Shown here in pieces: positions 11,948-24,712 of a stretch of 64,000 bases of DNA; position 1 is the first letter of the stretch; every line of letters starts with the position of its first letter. The translations under genes were made by a program, and so were the position numbers. The notes below the pieces were generated by a model. It was not told the DNA's origin. It made no database searches and saw only the letters and a program-made list of their open reading frames with translations. Source of the stretch: Heteronotia binoei (taxonomy: Eukaryota); the NCBI RefSeq assembly GCF_032191835.1, contig NC_083224.1, positions 42,842,001 through 42,906,000 of the forward strand, in the 5' to 3' direction.

Positions 11948-13631
11948 ATTTATTTATTTATGACTTTATTTATTTATTTTTCATACTTATATCCCACCCT
12001 CCCTGCCAAGGCAGGCTCAGGGCAGCTAACAACATTTTAACACCAAACAATAAAAACAGTAAGCAACCAATTACAATAATGATCATTGTCGATCAAGCAG
12101 TTAAAACAATTTAATACAGTTTACATTTTTTAAAACAATTTTTGGTGCTAAGGTTGGTACAATACATTCAGTGATGTTGGGCATCTATGTAGTTTAACTA
12201 AAGGCCAGTCGGAATAAAGTTGTTTTGCAGGCCTTGCGGAACTGGGCAAGGTGCCGCAAGTCCCTTACATTTATATCACGCCCTCTCCGCAAGCGGACTC
12301 AGGGTGGCTAACAATTATATAAAACAATTTAAAACCGATATACATTTAAAACATTTTGTGATGCTATACACTTGATAGGCGGGATATTTCTTTTTTCTGT
12401 TAATGATCCCATGATATTTGTAGCTCCTCGGCAGTGAGAGGTGGTAGTTCTCTCCTGGATTCAGATGTTGAAGGCCTGTCAAAACAGTTCTGTATTACTG
12501 TTTCTGCGGAATTGTGAAAGATCCCACAGGGCCCTTATGGCCTCTGGGAGGGCGTTCCACATTTCTGGTGCCGCCACCAAAAAAGCCCTAGCCCGTGTAG
12601 AGCATAGCCTGGCTTCCTTTGGTCCGGGGATGGACAATAGATTTTGTGTCCCTGAATGCAGTGCTCTCTAGGGAACATGCGGAGAAAGGCGGTTCCATAG
12701 ATAGGCAGACCCTCGACCATAAAGGCCTTTAAAGATCATAACCAACACCTTGAAATGAACTTGTAACGCAATGGGCAGCCAGTGCAGTTCTTTCAGCATT
12801 GGCCGAATGTGCTCCCATCTAGGGAGCCCCATCAACAACCATGCTGCAGTGTTATGCACTAGCTGTAGTCTCCGGGTTAGGGTCAAGGGTAGCCCCATGT
12901 AGAGAGCATTACAGTGATCTATTCTTGAGGTGACCATAGCATGGATCACCATAGCTAAGCCGTCATGCTTCAGAAAAGGGGCCAACTGCTGTACCCGCCG
13001 AAGATGAGAAAAGGTGGATTTGGTAGTGGCTGCTACCTGGGCCTCCACTGTCAGAGAGGACTCCAGGAGCACTTCCAAGCTCTTGACCTTACAAGAACCA
13101 TTATTAGTGGCACCCTATCAAGAGCCAGCAAGGGGATCACCTTCCCTGGGCCACCCCGACTCAGATAGAGGACCTCCGTCTTCGTTGGATTCAACCAACT
13201 CAGCCTGAGCCAAGATGCTACGGATTGAAGATCCAGGTCTAGGTTTTCCGGGGTACAGTCGAAATGGCCACCCATCAGTAGATAGAGCTGGGTGTTATCT
13301 GCATATTGGTGACATCCCAGCCCATACCTCCTGACAATCTGGGCAAGGGGGTGCATATAGATGTTAAATAACATCGGGGACAGAACCGCACCCTGTGGCA
13401 CACCACATATAAGTGGGTGCCTTTGGGATGATTCTTCCCCTATCACCAGCCTTTGTCCCCTACCTTGGAGAGAGGAGGTCAGCCATTGCAAGGCAGACCC
13501 CTGAATCCCCACGTCGACGAGGCGGCTAGACAGTAACTGATGGTCAATTGTGTCGAACACGGCTGACATCTAATAATAGCAGTACCGCTGAGCCACCCCA
13601 GTCCAGATGTCACATGAGGTCATCCATGACT
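11948..13631 (-). mobile_element. Two abutting L2-type LINE fragments (3' end 11948-12268; RT plus 3' end 12269-13631)
   Basis: ORFs contain GVPQGAVLSPMLFNIYM, QYADNTQLYL and SRIDHCNALYMGLP; there are two separate 3' tails. Confidence 0.88.
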
Positions 13632-16600
13632 TACAAAATTTTCCACACTCATCGCAAAATTTGTATTTAGACCTTCCCACCCCACTGCAGACTTTTCCCA
13701 TGTCTAAGATGCTAGAAGAGGAATGAGATATAAACTGTAGCAAGTACCTAAGCAACAGAACCAGAATGCATGTGTGATGTGATGCACTGCATGTACTGTA
13801 CAGATCAGAGTCTGAGCAAATCTCAAGACACCTCTCTTGCTACGGCAGCTTATCCCCAGAATTAAATCTGTCTCAGGACCACACAGACAGGGAATTTACA
13901 GGCTTCTGCATTAGGTTTGGCCTCCTTGTTCAGTTCCTTGTGACCCCTTCTCCCTGCTGCTGCATTTTCAGGCCTGCTGAATCTACAGGCATTCAGACTT
14001 TTTACTTTCCACAGTATTGATGTTTGCTTGGTGTTGAACTTTCTTGCCATCTCATATTTAGATATCCAGGCAGTGGAAACTTCAGCTGCCCCATCCCATT
14101 AGGAAATTCCTCCAATTCCACAGCATCCCCAGGGTCCTCCTTTGGCTATTTCATGTTGTATTTCTCCCATCTGGAAACCTATCTAGCAGAGGAAGAGAAC
14201 TGAAACAGAATCAAATGTCACTGAGAATTCAATACCCTTCGGAGGATAAGAGTATTATACTGTGGAGGGGAGAAGGGAGAAGAGTTTGGGACCAATTCCA
14301 TGTCCTTATTGATTATCCAGTTGGAATTTATGCAAATAAGGCTTATTTGCATAATTTTGAGAGATGTGCTTTGTTTTGACTATTTTATACCCCAGCCATG
14401 GGTTTTATTTTTAGTGGCTACATGGTGGTAGAGAGGAAAAGAGGGTGAGTTATGCAGCATCAGAGTTAGGACTCCTTAGGGCAGGATGCTGCTAGGGTTG
14501 CCAACTCCAGGTGGGGAAATTCCTGGAGATTTGGGGGTGGAGCCTGTTGAAAGGTGCTATCCCCTGCCTCAGCCTCCAGAGTGTGTGGCAAGAGAGAACA
14601 GATAGCCAGATAGGCACACTGACCTTTCCTTCCTGTGTTTACTCTTCTGCCACTGTCCCCTTTGAAATGTATTCTCAGGGACAACTTCCTTCCTTCTGTT
14701 CACTCTCTCACACGCACACCCCCTTCTCCCTGCACACACCAAGAGGTGTCCTCTCTTGGCACCATGAAGCAGATGGCCCTCTTGCCATCTGCTTCCATCC
14801 TTAGCTAGTAAGTTAGTACTCTGTGTTACCTCTCCTCTTTTCTTTGTAAAGTGTACTTCTCAAATAAAAGAGAGAAGTATTTCTCTTTTAAACTTGCAGT
14901 GTGGCTGTGTAGCTTTGTAAGCTAAGTAACCTGGTGAAGAGAGACTGCTTCTGCTTTTGTAGCTTTCAAGTGCTCTGCTAACTAGTGGGTACTGGACTAA
15001 CTGTACCAGTTAACCCCAGTAGAGCCTGGGGAGGGGTGGGACATCAGTGGGGCATAATGCCATAGAGTCCACCCTCCAAAGCAGCTGTTTTCTCCCTGGG
15101 AACTAATCTCTCTGGTCTGGGGATCTGTTGTAATTCCAGAGGATCCTGAGATCCCACTTGGAGTCTGGCAAGCGGCAACCATGGTGCTCCTGTGTAGCAC
15201 AAACATGGCCCAATCCTTACAAGCAGAACCCAGCTGTGGTTGTTGTCTGTATTTTAAAAAAACCGAACCTATTCACGAGATGTTCTCAACAACTACAAAT
15301 ACCAGGGTTGCATATGTTTTTTTATTTATTTACTGTGGGGAAATTGTAACTCTGCCCTCATTGGGGTTAGAAGGGTGTCAATCTTTATAGAAGCGCATTG
15401 CAAGTGCGTGAGGAGGTGATGAGTTGGGGGGGCCCATGTGGTGCTACAGTGTCCTCCAGGAGAGGCAGCCTTAGTGGGGCAGCACACTGTCACAGACCAT
15501 CCAGCCACACACTTCCCTCAGGGCTCTCTGAGTTTCGTTTAAAGAGCTCCACCATATAATGGCATAGGGCCAGGGCTAGTAGACTCATGACAGCAAGGGC
15601 ACAAGGGACATCACCTGGGAAACTCCTTGGCAGCGGGGGGGGGGGGGGGAGAGCCCTTGCTAATGGGGAAATCCCCACCTCTCTCCAAGGGCAAGGAGAC
15701 TCAGCTGGCCCTGTCAGAGATGATGGTGCCTTCTATAGCCCTCTCTTCACCAGCTGGGTGAAAGCAGCCTCTTTGGGATGAAGTCAGTGCTGGGTTTTTC
15801 TGTGTGCATCCCACACTCCCTTGAGGAGCCCCTGATATGGAGTGGATCCTTGTTGCCCTGCCATCTGGCATGAGATGCACTCCAATGCTTCTTGGGTAAC
15901 TCCATGAGAGAGAAGAACTACAGAGTACGTGTATATAGCACTTCTAATGTTCATAGTAATTTACATATATTATCTTTATAACAGCTCTGTAATGCATGTT
16001 CATACAGAAATGCCATCACGTCAGAATGGTGTCATGGTGACCCCATCAAGGGGCTTTTAAGGCAATTGAGAAGCAGCAGTGGTTTCTCATTGGCTTCCTC
16101 TGCAGTCTTCCTTGGAAGTCTCCCACCTAAGCACTGACCCTGCTTAGCTTCTGAGATCTAATGAGATTGGGCTCTACCTTGCCAACTTTCCTCCCAACCC
16201 TGTAAGTTAGTCCAGGCCTAGTATTATCATCAGCTCCATATATGGACGAAATTGAGATTGAGAGTAGCTTTCTTAAGGCAACCCAAGACAGTCTTGCAGC
16301 TGAGAGGAGATCTGAATCACCTCCCTCCCAAATCACAGCTAGTCCTCTTAGCCACTCTGCTACATTACCTCTATATCATTACAGATGTGGTATGCCAGTG
16401 TAGATACAGCAAGCTTAAGAGTCCCTGCTTGTGTTTTTATGAGCCATAGGGCTCAGGTTGGAGCCAAGAAGTTGCCCTGGTAACTAGAAGCTAGGTCATC
16501 CTGCCTTACACAGCAAATGCAACAACAGTCTTTGCCTTTCAGCCAAACACCTTTTGCAAATTACTCTGCATGCTTTGCATTCTCAGCCACTTTGCAGGCA

Positions 16601-17808
16601 CTTCAGCCGCTCCATGGCTGGAGCCCCAGTAATTGTGCTTTATCGCAAATGATTCCCACTGAGATCAAATCCCTATCTGAGCTGCCATTCTCCCATTCCC
16701 ATACAGCCCCACCTCCACCCCTCCAAATACAGGATGTTCCCTTGGCCTTACATAGTTTCCAGACGACATCGTTGCTTTCATAAACCAGAGCAGACCAAAA
16801 GTTTATTTTTTTCTCTGCTGAATCATACAAACACATCACACACAGGCGCGCACACACATACACATGCAGGATTGCAGCTGCATCGTTATTTGTTTGGCTC
16901 CGGATGCTGAGCCCCTTATTGGACCAGTTTATATAAATTGTGTATGGATGAGAGGCATCCTGACATCTTCAGGATGGAGGGCAATGGAACGATGTGAGAA
17001 CCGCAGCGTCTCCAGCAGGAAAACCCCAGTTCCCCTGCTTGTCATTTTAGAATGGCCAAAGTACAGGGAGTTTCCACAGAAAGTTTAGGAGGAACTGCTT
17101 ATTTACACCAAGGTATAAGGCGTATCCTCATGAAATAGCAAAGGGGGCTCTTCTATCTTGTTACCTTATATCCCTCTAGGATATATCCTGTTATGGAACT
17201 CACGGCAAGTGCAGATAGGTTGGGCTTTCAGGAGTAGCGTTGCCAGCACTGCCTCAACAAACATTGGGAGATGCCTGAGAAGAATAGAGTTTGTAGACAA
17301 TTTGACATCACTTCCTGATCATGCCTTAGGAGACTCCCCTATTCTCTGTGGTAAAGGCTACAGAGACATGGGAAAATTCCAAGAACACCATTTTCTGGTC
17401 ATTTTTTTTTCTCCAGCTTCTCAATTTCTTGACAATGGTACAACCACTTGTACAGAGTATGAGAGCAGCAAGGATTCTGGGGAAATTAGACCTTCCTGCA
17501 CAAAAAGATTAAGGTGGAAGGAAGCTGTTTTCAATGACATCAAGAATGGGCAACAACAAAAGGTTGTGAACAGCCTTGGGATGTGTACACAATGTCAAGC
17601 GCACTTATTTCTGTAACATGGTTGTTTCTTAGACACAGAGCAGGTCACCAGCTCTCGACTGCACCCCCCCTTATTTACAACCATTGGGCAAGTAATAAAT
17701 CCATCTGGCCCAAGGATGTTTATGCTACAGCCTGGCTGGTACCACTTTCAAGTCGCCTCTCCCACAGGTTCACACAGACAACTCTTATCTTCTGCTATAG
17801 AAGTGTGG

Positions 17809-18049
17809 AAAAAGGGAGATGTTTTTAATAGCCTAAATTCCTTAGTAATAAAAAAATAGTGTTTAGCAACCTTTGAACCCGTGACTCAAGTATGCATCTG
17901 TAATGTAACCTTTGAAGCTATCCTATATAGCAACTGTGTAACCCTGTGTACGTCCCAAGGCTTGTGTCCTTGGTACAGCTTCCGAGTTTCTAACAATAAA
18001 ACAGCTTTGATTTAAAACAAAAGAAATTGAGAAATATCGGCGTTTGACA
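17809..18049 (+). mobile_element. Candidate polypurine tract plus 3' LTR (TG...CA, about 230 bp)
   Basis: aaaaagggaga|TGTTTT at 17820, AATAAA near 17994 and a tttgaCA end at 18049. No 5' LTR partner is seen. Confidence 0.4.
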
Positions 18050-18071
18050 CACAACTATGCATGACTGGAGG

Positions 18072-18272
18072 CAGGGCTCTTTTTGAGCAGGAATGCACAG
18101 GAATGCAGTTCTGGCTGCCTTGGTGTCAGGGGTGTGTGACCTAATATGCAAATAAATTCCTGCTGGACTTTTCCCACAAGAAAGCCCTATGTGAAACAAT
18201 GGTGACACCAGGGGGTGTGGCCTACTATGCAAATGAGTTCTTGCTGGGCTTTTTCTACCAAAAAAAGCCCTG
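18072..18272. mobile_element. hAT-type MITE with CAGGGCT(T)n termini (other copies at about 34656-34815, 35294-35473, 36321-36517, 44414-44591)
   Basis: Terminal inverted repeats cagggct.../...agccctg and a perfect 8-bp TSD actggagg at 18064-71 and 18273-80. Confidence 0.88.
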
Positions 18273-19231
18273 ACTGGAGGGATTGCTATGGGACCATATT
18301 GTTCCCTCTTCTTCCTGGGTGGGTATGCATGAATACAACAGCCCTGCAGTGTGCCGGGCCATAACTCAGTACAGACAGACAGCGCGGTTCATGGTTCCCT
18401 ATTCAGCCCTACAACCCATGAACTGGTCAGGGATGTAAGTAATGTTTTTCTCTCATCCCTGCAGAATCGCAACCAGATTCAACATATCTGGAATTAAGTA
18501 GAAGCATTTCTAAATTAACAGCCATTATTTGTAGGCCAGTTTGAAACCCAGTTTAAGGCTTTGCTTAAGCTCTGTGCACAGAAAGAGAAAATAGAGGAAG
18601 CAACTAATACAAGTTTTGGTACAAAGCAGCAGGACCCTGTGAATTTAGAGAATTCATCATACCCCATGTGAAAGCCAGTGTTGCACAGTGGTTAGCATGC
18701 TGGACTAGGATTCAAGAGAGCCAGGTTTCCTCCCTCAGTCGCCATAACAGCTTGCTGGGTGACCTTGGGCCAGTCACATGGTCTCAGCCTAACCTACCTC
18801 ACAGGGTTGTTTTGATGACAATGTGAAGATGGGGAGATTGTTGTAAGTCACTGTGGGACTCTATAGAGGAGAAAAATCAGTGAAGTAAAATGAATGAAAT
18901 GTATTCTGTCATTGATATATCATGTGATGCTTAATAGGGTTTTCTGATGTAACAGAATATGTATTGATTTCCTTTTTATATGTTACATTCCCACACATTT
19001 TCCACCTTCTTTTTCATTTGCAACAGGCTGTGATGCAATAATGCAATCCTGAACAAATACAATTCTGCTTTGTTTGGTAACATTTTAATAATATTTCCAC
19101 TAGATGGCAGACTATGCCAGGAACTAGAATAATTAATTTTAATAGGGAGCTAGAAAGGTGTGCCTTTGAATCTGGAACCTTTCTGATTTAGTTCTCTGTG
19201 TTGGCAGATGTAAGAGCTAAAGCATTCTCTA

Positions 19232-19345
19232 ATGGTGCATTTACACTACACTAAATAATGTGTTTTACATCCAGATTTTTACTGTGTAAGAGTAGCAAAA
19301 ATACGGATGTAAAACACATTATTTAGTGTAATGTGAATGCACCAT
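19232..19345. repeat. Near-perfect palindrome (49-bp arms), probably a hairpin MITE
   Basis: Arms at 19232-19280 and 19297-19345 are reverse complements at 45 of 49 positions. Confidence 0.85.
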
Positions 19346-20437
19346 AACGTTAATCACAAGAACATAACAGAGCTAATGCAACGTGCTATGAACCAGAATC
19401 TTTTCAGACTACATCACAGGACTTTATGCTATAGCAGTCATTAAGAACTGAATTGTCTTGACTGCACAAGCAACATCCAGTTGCAGATAGCTGCTGCAGT
19501 ACAACAGTTTTGTGACATTCAGTGATGGGTGGATGAAGTCTCAGTCTAAAGCTTCCATAGCCAGGAATTTGCTATGTGGCTTTAGAAAGGTGTAATTGTG
19601 CTTAGGACTTTTTTAAAATAATTTTTTGCCCAGGTCAGGCTAGCTTGATCTCAACCAACCTCAGTAGGTAAGCAGGTCAGCCCTGGTTAGTATTTGGCTG
19701 GGAATCCACCAAGGGAGTCCCAGGTTGCAAACCACTGCTGCAGTTCATCTCTTACTTTGAAAACTCCTTGAGGGGGTTGCCATAAGTCAGCTGTGACTTG
19801 ACAGCACTTTATACACATAGGTTTTTAATTTTGCTTTTCTGCTAAAATAAGCAGGTGTTTTGAGTAGGGCTGCCAGTCTCCAGGTGAACAGTTCACCTGC
19901 AGAAAATGGCTGCTTTGGCAGGTGGACTCTATGGCATTATGTTGCATTGAAGTCCTTCCCATTCCAAACCTTGCTCTTCACACCCTAAATCTCCAGGTAT
20001 TTCCCAACCTGGGGCTGGCAACCTGAGTTGTAAGGCTTGTAAAATCATATGGGACAACAAAACTCACAGTCATCAGCCTCAGCAGTAAAAACAGCATATA
20101 ATCACAGCCAGAGCTAAAAGCAATGGGGTACTGAGAACAGAGTAAAGGGATCCCTGCTGAATTTGATTGGGAGAGAAATACATAATCAGTCTGCTGACAC
20201 AGAAAAGGCCCCCTCTGTGGTAGCCTGCTCCCATAATTGACAGCAAGGGCAAAATGGCTTCTGATGAAAATACTGCTGTAAGGAATACTGAAATAATACG
20301 AATGAACTTGAAGCACTTTAAACCTTCCAAAGTTCTATAGAAATGCTTATTGTTGTTATTTGCAGAACTGTTTCAAGTAGAAAAGTTGTTCTAATGTTCT
20401 TCTCAGGCATTAAACTAGTGCCTTCAAGTTTAGGAGA

Positions 20438-23270
20438 ATCTTCTTCGTGGTCTCTGTGCTTCACACTCATGGGATAGAGTGCCTGCGCCGATCCCCGAAT
20501 CGGTACCTAAAAAGCCTGGGATTTTTTCGCACTTGGCACCAACGGGCATGCGCAGGCGTCCCAGTCGCATGCTTGCTGGCGCCTGCGTGAGGATCCCGCC
20601 AGTTCCTTTCTGACCGCTGCGCTGAGAGGATCTCCTTTCGTGTCCCTGGTCGGTAAAGTAATCTTAGAATTGCCTTTCTTGTTGTATATAGCCCGTTTGT
20701 TATTTTCTTAGTGTAGTTAGTTAGTTAGTTGTTAGATAGTTAATGTTGTTAAAAAAATTGTTGGACTTGCCCTTCGGAGCCCAGTTTCCCCCCGTTTTTT
20801 CCCCTCAGAGACTTTCCTGGGTGGGTTTTTTCCTTGGCGTCTATGGAAAGATGTTGGGTTTTTTTAAAGAGGTGCCGTTCCTGTGGGAAGAAGATTGCCC
20901 CCCCTCCCCCAATGGCCATTTCCTCTGTCTCCTCTGTTTGGGTGAGGGATATTGCGTTGATCCTTGCTCGCACTGCCTGAGTTTTTCTAAACAAACTCGC
21001 AAGAATCGAGCGGCGAGGCTTTCGTCCTCAAAAGATGGCATCGGGCCCGTCGGTACCAATGGGAGAGGCCACGGCCCCGACGGTCACATCGGCCAATACA
21101 TCACCAATCAGGATCGAGATGCCGGTCGAGTGCGGGTGTTCCACAGAGCAACCTTCTGAACATCGGAGGATCTGAAGTCGTATGGGGACCTGGTGAAGAG
21201 GATGGCACTCTCCCTCTCGCTCCCGGTGACACAACCGCAACCTGTTGTAGACGACACTGTATTCAACATCACGCAATACTACTGCCCTGTGTTACATTAA
21301 CAGACAGGGAGGGACAGTTTCTCGACGACTCTGTGCACTGGTACTGGAACTCTGGTCGGAGTGCCTGGACCACAACATCTTTGTGAAGGCTGCGCACCTC
21401 CCAGGGCTGATCAACCTGCAAGCAGACTCCCTCAGCAGGGGTGTGGCTTCCCCACACGAGTGGGAGTTACAGTGGTGCTTCCTTCAACCCATGTTTCAGC
21501 TCTGGGGGTATCCACAGCCGAGAACCGGAAGTGTCCTCTGTTTTGCTCCAGAGGGGGCTCGGATCCAGAGTCGTTGGGACACGGTCTGCTGTTCCTGTGG
21601 GAAGGTCGGTTCCTATAGCTGTTCCCACCTCTGCCACTATTGACAAAGGTGGTCAACAAGATCGCAAGAGAGAGACCATGCTGCATCCTGGTGACTCCGT
21701 GGTGACCTCGGCAGAACTGGTTCCCGATCTTGCTCCAACTGGCAAGGGAAGTCTTCTACCAGTTTCCGGCGGAACCGGATCTTCTATCAGCTCAGGACGG
21801 TCATGTATTCCATCACAACGTGTCCCACCTGAAGCTGACAGTGTGGTTCATCGACCCTGTGGGTTCTCCAGCAGAGTCCAACATGTTTTCCTGAATAGCA
21901 GGAAGCTGTCTACCCGCGCTTCCTATGATAGGAAGTGGCGGAAGTTCCTTCAGTTTTTAGTTGACCTTACAGTTTCACCCCAGAGGGTGGGACGGCTGGT
22001 GATTTTTGAGTTTTTATTTCTGGTGGATGCTGGCTTTGTTTTTTCTTCCATTAAAGTTTATCTGGCAGCAATATCTGCGTTCCATGAACCAGTTGAGGGG
22101 CATTCTGTTTTTGCACACCCTCATTCTAAGAGATTTTTGAAGGGTTTGCTTAGGCTTCATCCTCCATCGAGATCACCCCCACAGTTGTGGGATTTGACTC
22201 TAGTGTTGGACAGGCTGACTCGGCATCCTTTTGAGCCAATGGCCACATGTTCGTTACAGCTTCTATCTTGGAAGACTGCTTTTTTGGTAGCCATCACATC
22301 AGCACGCTGTGCAGGGGAGCTCACGGCTATGCGTTGTGACTACCCATATCTAGTTTTTCAGGAGTCTGGCATGTCGTTAGCTCCTGATATTTCTTTTCTT
22401 CCCAAGGTGGTTTCTCAGTTTCACCTTAACCTAGAAGTTTGGTTGCCCACTTTTTATCCTACACCTTCCTCAGAGGAGGAACATAGGTTGCATGCTCTAG
22501 ACGTTAAGCGTGCCTTATTGTTTTATTTGAGTCGCTCCAAGAGTTTTCGTAAGGACCAGCATCTTTTTGTTTCGTATGCTTCTCCTAAGTTAGGTTCCAG
22601 AATCTCGTCTCAGCGGCTTTCAAAATGGCTCACTGAGACTATTAAACTGTGTTATTTGTTGGCAAAGAAGCCGTTGCCTGGGCCTATTTGCGGACACTCT
22701 ACAAGAGCGATGGCGACGTTGGTGGTGTTCCTGAAAGGCGTTTCTCTGACGGACGTTTGCAAGGCTGCCTCCTGGTCCTCTCCGCATGCCTTTATGAAGC
22801 ACTATGTGCTGGATGTGCATGCTCAGTAGAGGACTCATCTGGGAGCTGTGGTACTGCAAGCTGTTTCTTCTGGTTGACCGTCTTCCCGCCTCCAGGTATG
22901 TCTTAATTGCTAATCTCCCATGAGTGTGAAGCACAGAGACCATGAAGAAGATAGACAGGTTGCTTTCCTGTAACTGTAGATCTTCGAGTGGTCATCTGTG
23001 CATTCACACTACTCTCCCTCCTTTCCCACTGCTGACGGTCTCCCTCCAGTAGGGGCTTCCAGCGGTCAGGAAGGAACTGGTGGGATCCTCGCGCTGGCTC
23101 CGGTGAGCATGCGCACTGGGATGCCTGCGCATGCCCATTGGTGCTGAGTGCAAAAAAATCCCGGGCTTTTTAGGTACCGATTCGGGGATCGGTGCAGGCG
23201 CTCTATCCCATGAGTATGAATGCACAGATGACCACTCGATGATCTATAGTTACAGGTAAGCAACCTGTCT
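20438..23270 (+). mobile_element. DIRS1-type tyrosine-recombinase retrotransposon, internally deleted
   Basis: Left inverted repeat 20439-20619, right inverted repeat 23060-23270, and an internal complementary region at 22917-23010 complementary to both outer ends. Also present: a Cys-rich gag N-terminus, the C-terminal half of RNase H, a methyltransferase remnant and the recombinase ORF. Confidence 0.95.
21860..22829 (+). CDS. DIRS tyrosine recombinase (C-terminal part of ORF 21441-22829)
   Basis: Contains ITSAR, GHSTRA, ASWSS and KHYVLD, i.e. the R...HxxR...W...Y catalytic set. The frame is open until TAG at 22827. Confidence 0.85.
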
Positions 23271-24433
23271 TTCTTCTTTATGGCAGCTATGGAAGGGCTA
23301 CGGGAGCCAGAGCTTACTCATGGAATATCTGGTTTGCATACAGAAAATCCTTGGTCAAATCCCCAGTACCTGCAGCTTAAAAAAGACCTGGTATTAGGTG
23401 ATGTGAAAGATCTCTATTTGAGGCCCTGAAAAGCCATTGGCAGTCAATGTAAACAGTATTAACCTTGACAGACCAATGGCCTGACTTCGTGCAGTTTAAG
23501 TATTCACGTGCCCCATGTTGCTGACAAGCAAATAGATTTACCCTTGAAGAATCTACAATAATGCCACAGGGAATGAGGACTGCCAACAATCTGGAGAAAA
23601 AGTATCCTGTCCTGTTAAATAGAAGATTAATGGACAGGGCCGGCTCTGCCACTAGGCAAACTAGGCAATTGCCTAGGGTGCTGACTTTTTAGGGGTGACA
23701 GACTGGGGGCCTCCCATGTGATTTAGTGATGTTATTAGTGCAGGGGGGTGTCAGAAGTAAGCCTTGCCTAGGGTGCCAGACAGTCTAGTCTTTTTCAATT
23801 TATACCCTGCCCTATCCTGCAAGTGGGCTCATGGCAGCTTTCAGCATTAAAAACAGCATAAAAATGAATCACTATAACACATCATAACACAGATATGTCA
23901 ATCAGATTCAAGAGCAGTAATCAGTATAACAAACCACACAACATCATGTAGGCTGGAAGCTTTCAACACAGCTTGAGCACCTTGATGGTAGGGTGCTGGG
24001 TTATTATTTATCACATGATGTTCTTTACTTCCATGCCATAAAAAGCTTCAACTGCTTGTTTCCATACACAAAACATCTAGTGAAGTGGCAGAACATTTTT
24101 TTTTTCTTCCAGGCATTTTTACTTGGAAGCATATTCACTTCCATCTCTTCATGAGAAGGACAAAAAGTTCATTGTGATGGGATGGCCGAATGATGGTTCT
24201 TGTCAAGACAGACAAAAGAAAGTAGCCCTTCATATAATGCATCTGCAAATCACCACCACACCACTCACTTTGTATGATTCTATGTTTTTGCTGGTTTTTA
24301 ATGGGGGGGGGGGGTTGTTAACTATTTAACAAATTTTATCATATGTTTCTATTATGTTTTATTTTGTAAGCTGCCTCAATCAGATTCTCTGAAGAGGCAG
24401 CATAGAAATGTCCTAAATAAATGAAATGTAGAA

Positions 24434-24712
24434 GAAGAAGATGAAGATATTAGATTTATATCCCGCCCTCCACTCCGAAGAGTCTCAGAGCGGCTCACAA
24501 TCTCCTTTACCTTCCTCCCCCACAACAGACACCCTGTGAGGTGGGTGGGGCTGGAGAGGGCTCTCACAGCAGCTGCCCTTTCAAGGACAACCTCTGCCAG
24601 AGCTATGGCTGACCCAAGGCCATTCCAGCAGGTGCAAGTGGAGGAGTGGGGAATCAAACCCGGTTCTCCCAGATAAGAGTCCGCACACTTAACCACTACA
24701 CCAAACCGGCCA
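24434..24712 (-). mobile_element. Squam3 (MIR/Ther1-derived) SINE; other copies at about 10770-11060 -, 18672-18895 +, 28361-28640 +, 50238-50510 +, 53580-53807 +, 60030-60225 -
   Basis: Head gccagtttggtgtagtggttaag...ggtttgattccccac, core acctcacagggtgtctgttgtgggg, and L2-type tail gggcgggatataaat with a simple repeat. Confidence 0.85.

Noticed and set aside
15551-15561. CArG-like CCATATAATGG
   Set aside because: It has seven A/T bases rather than the six of the SRF consensus.
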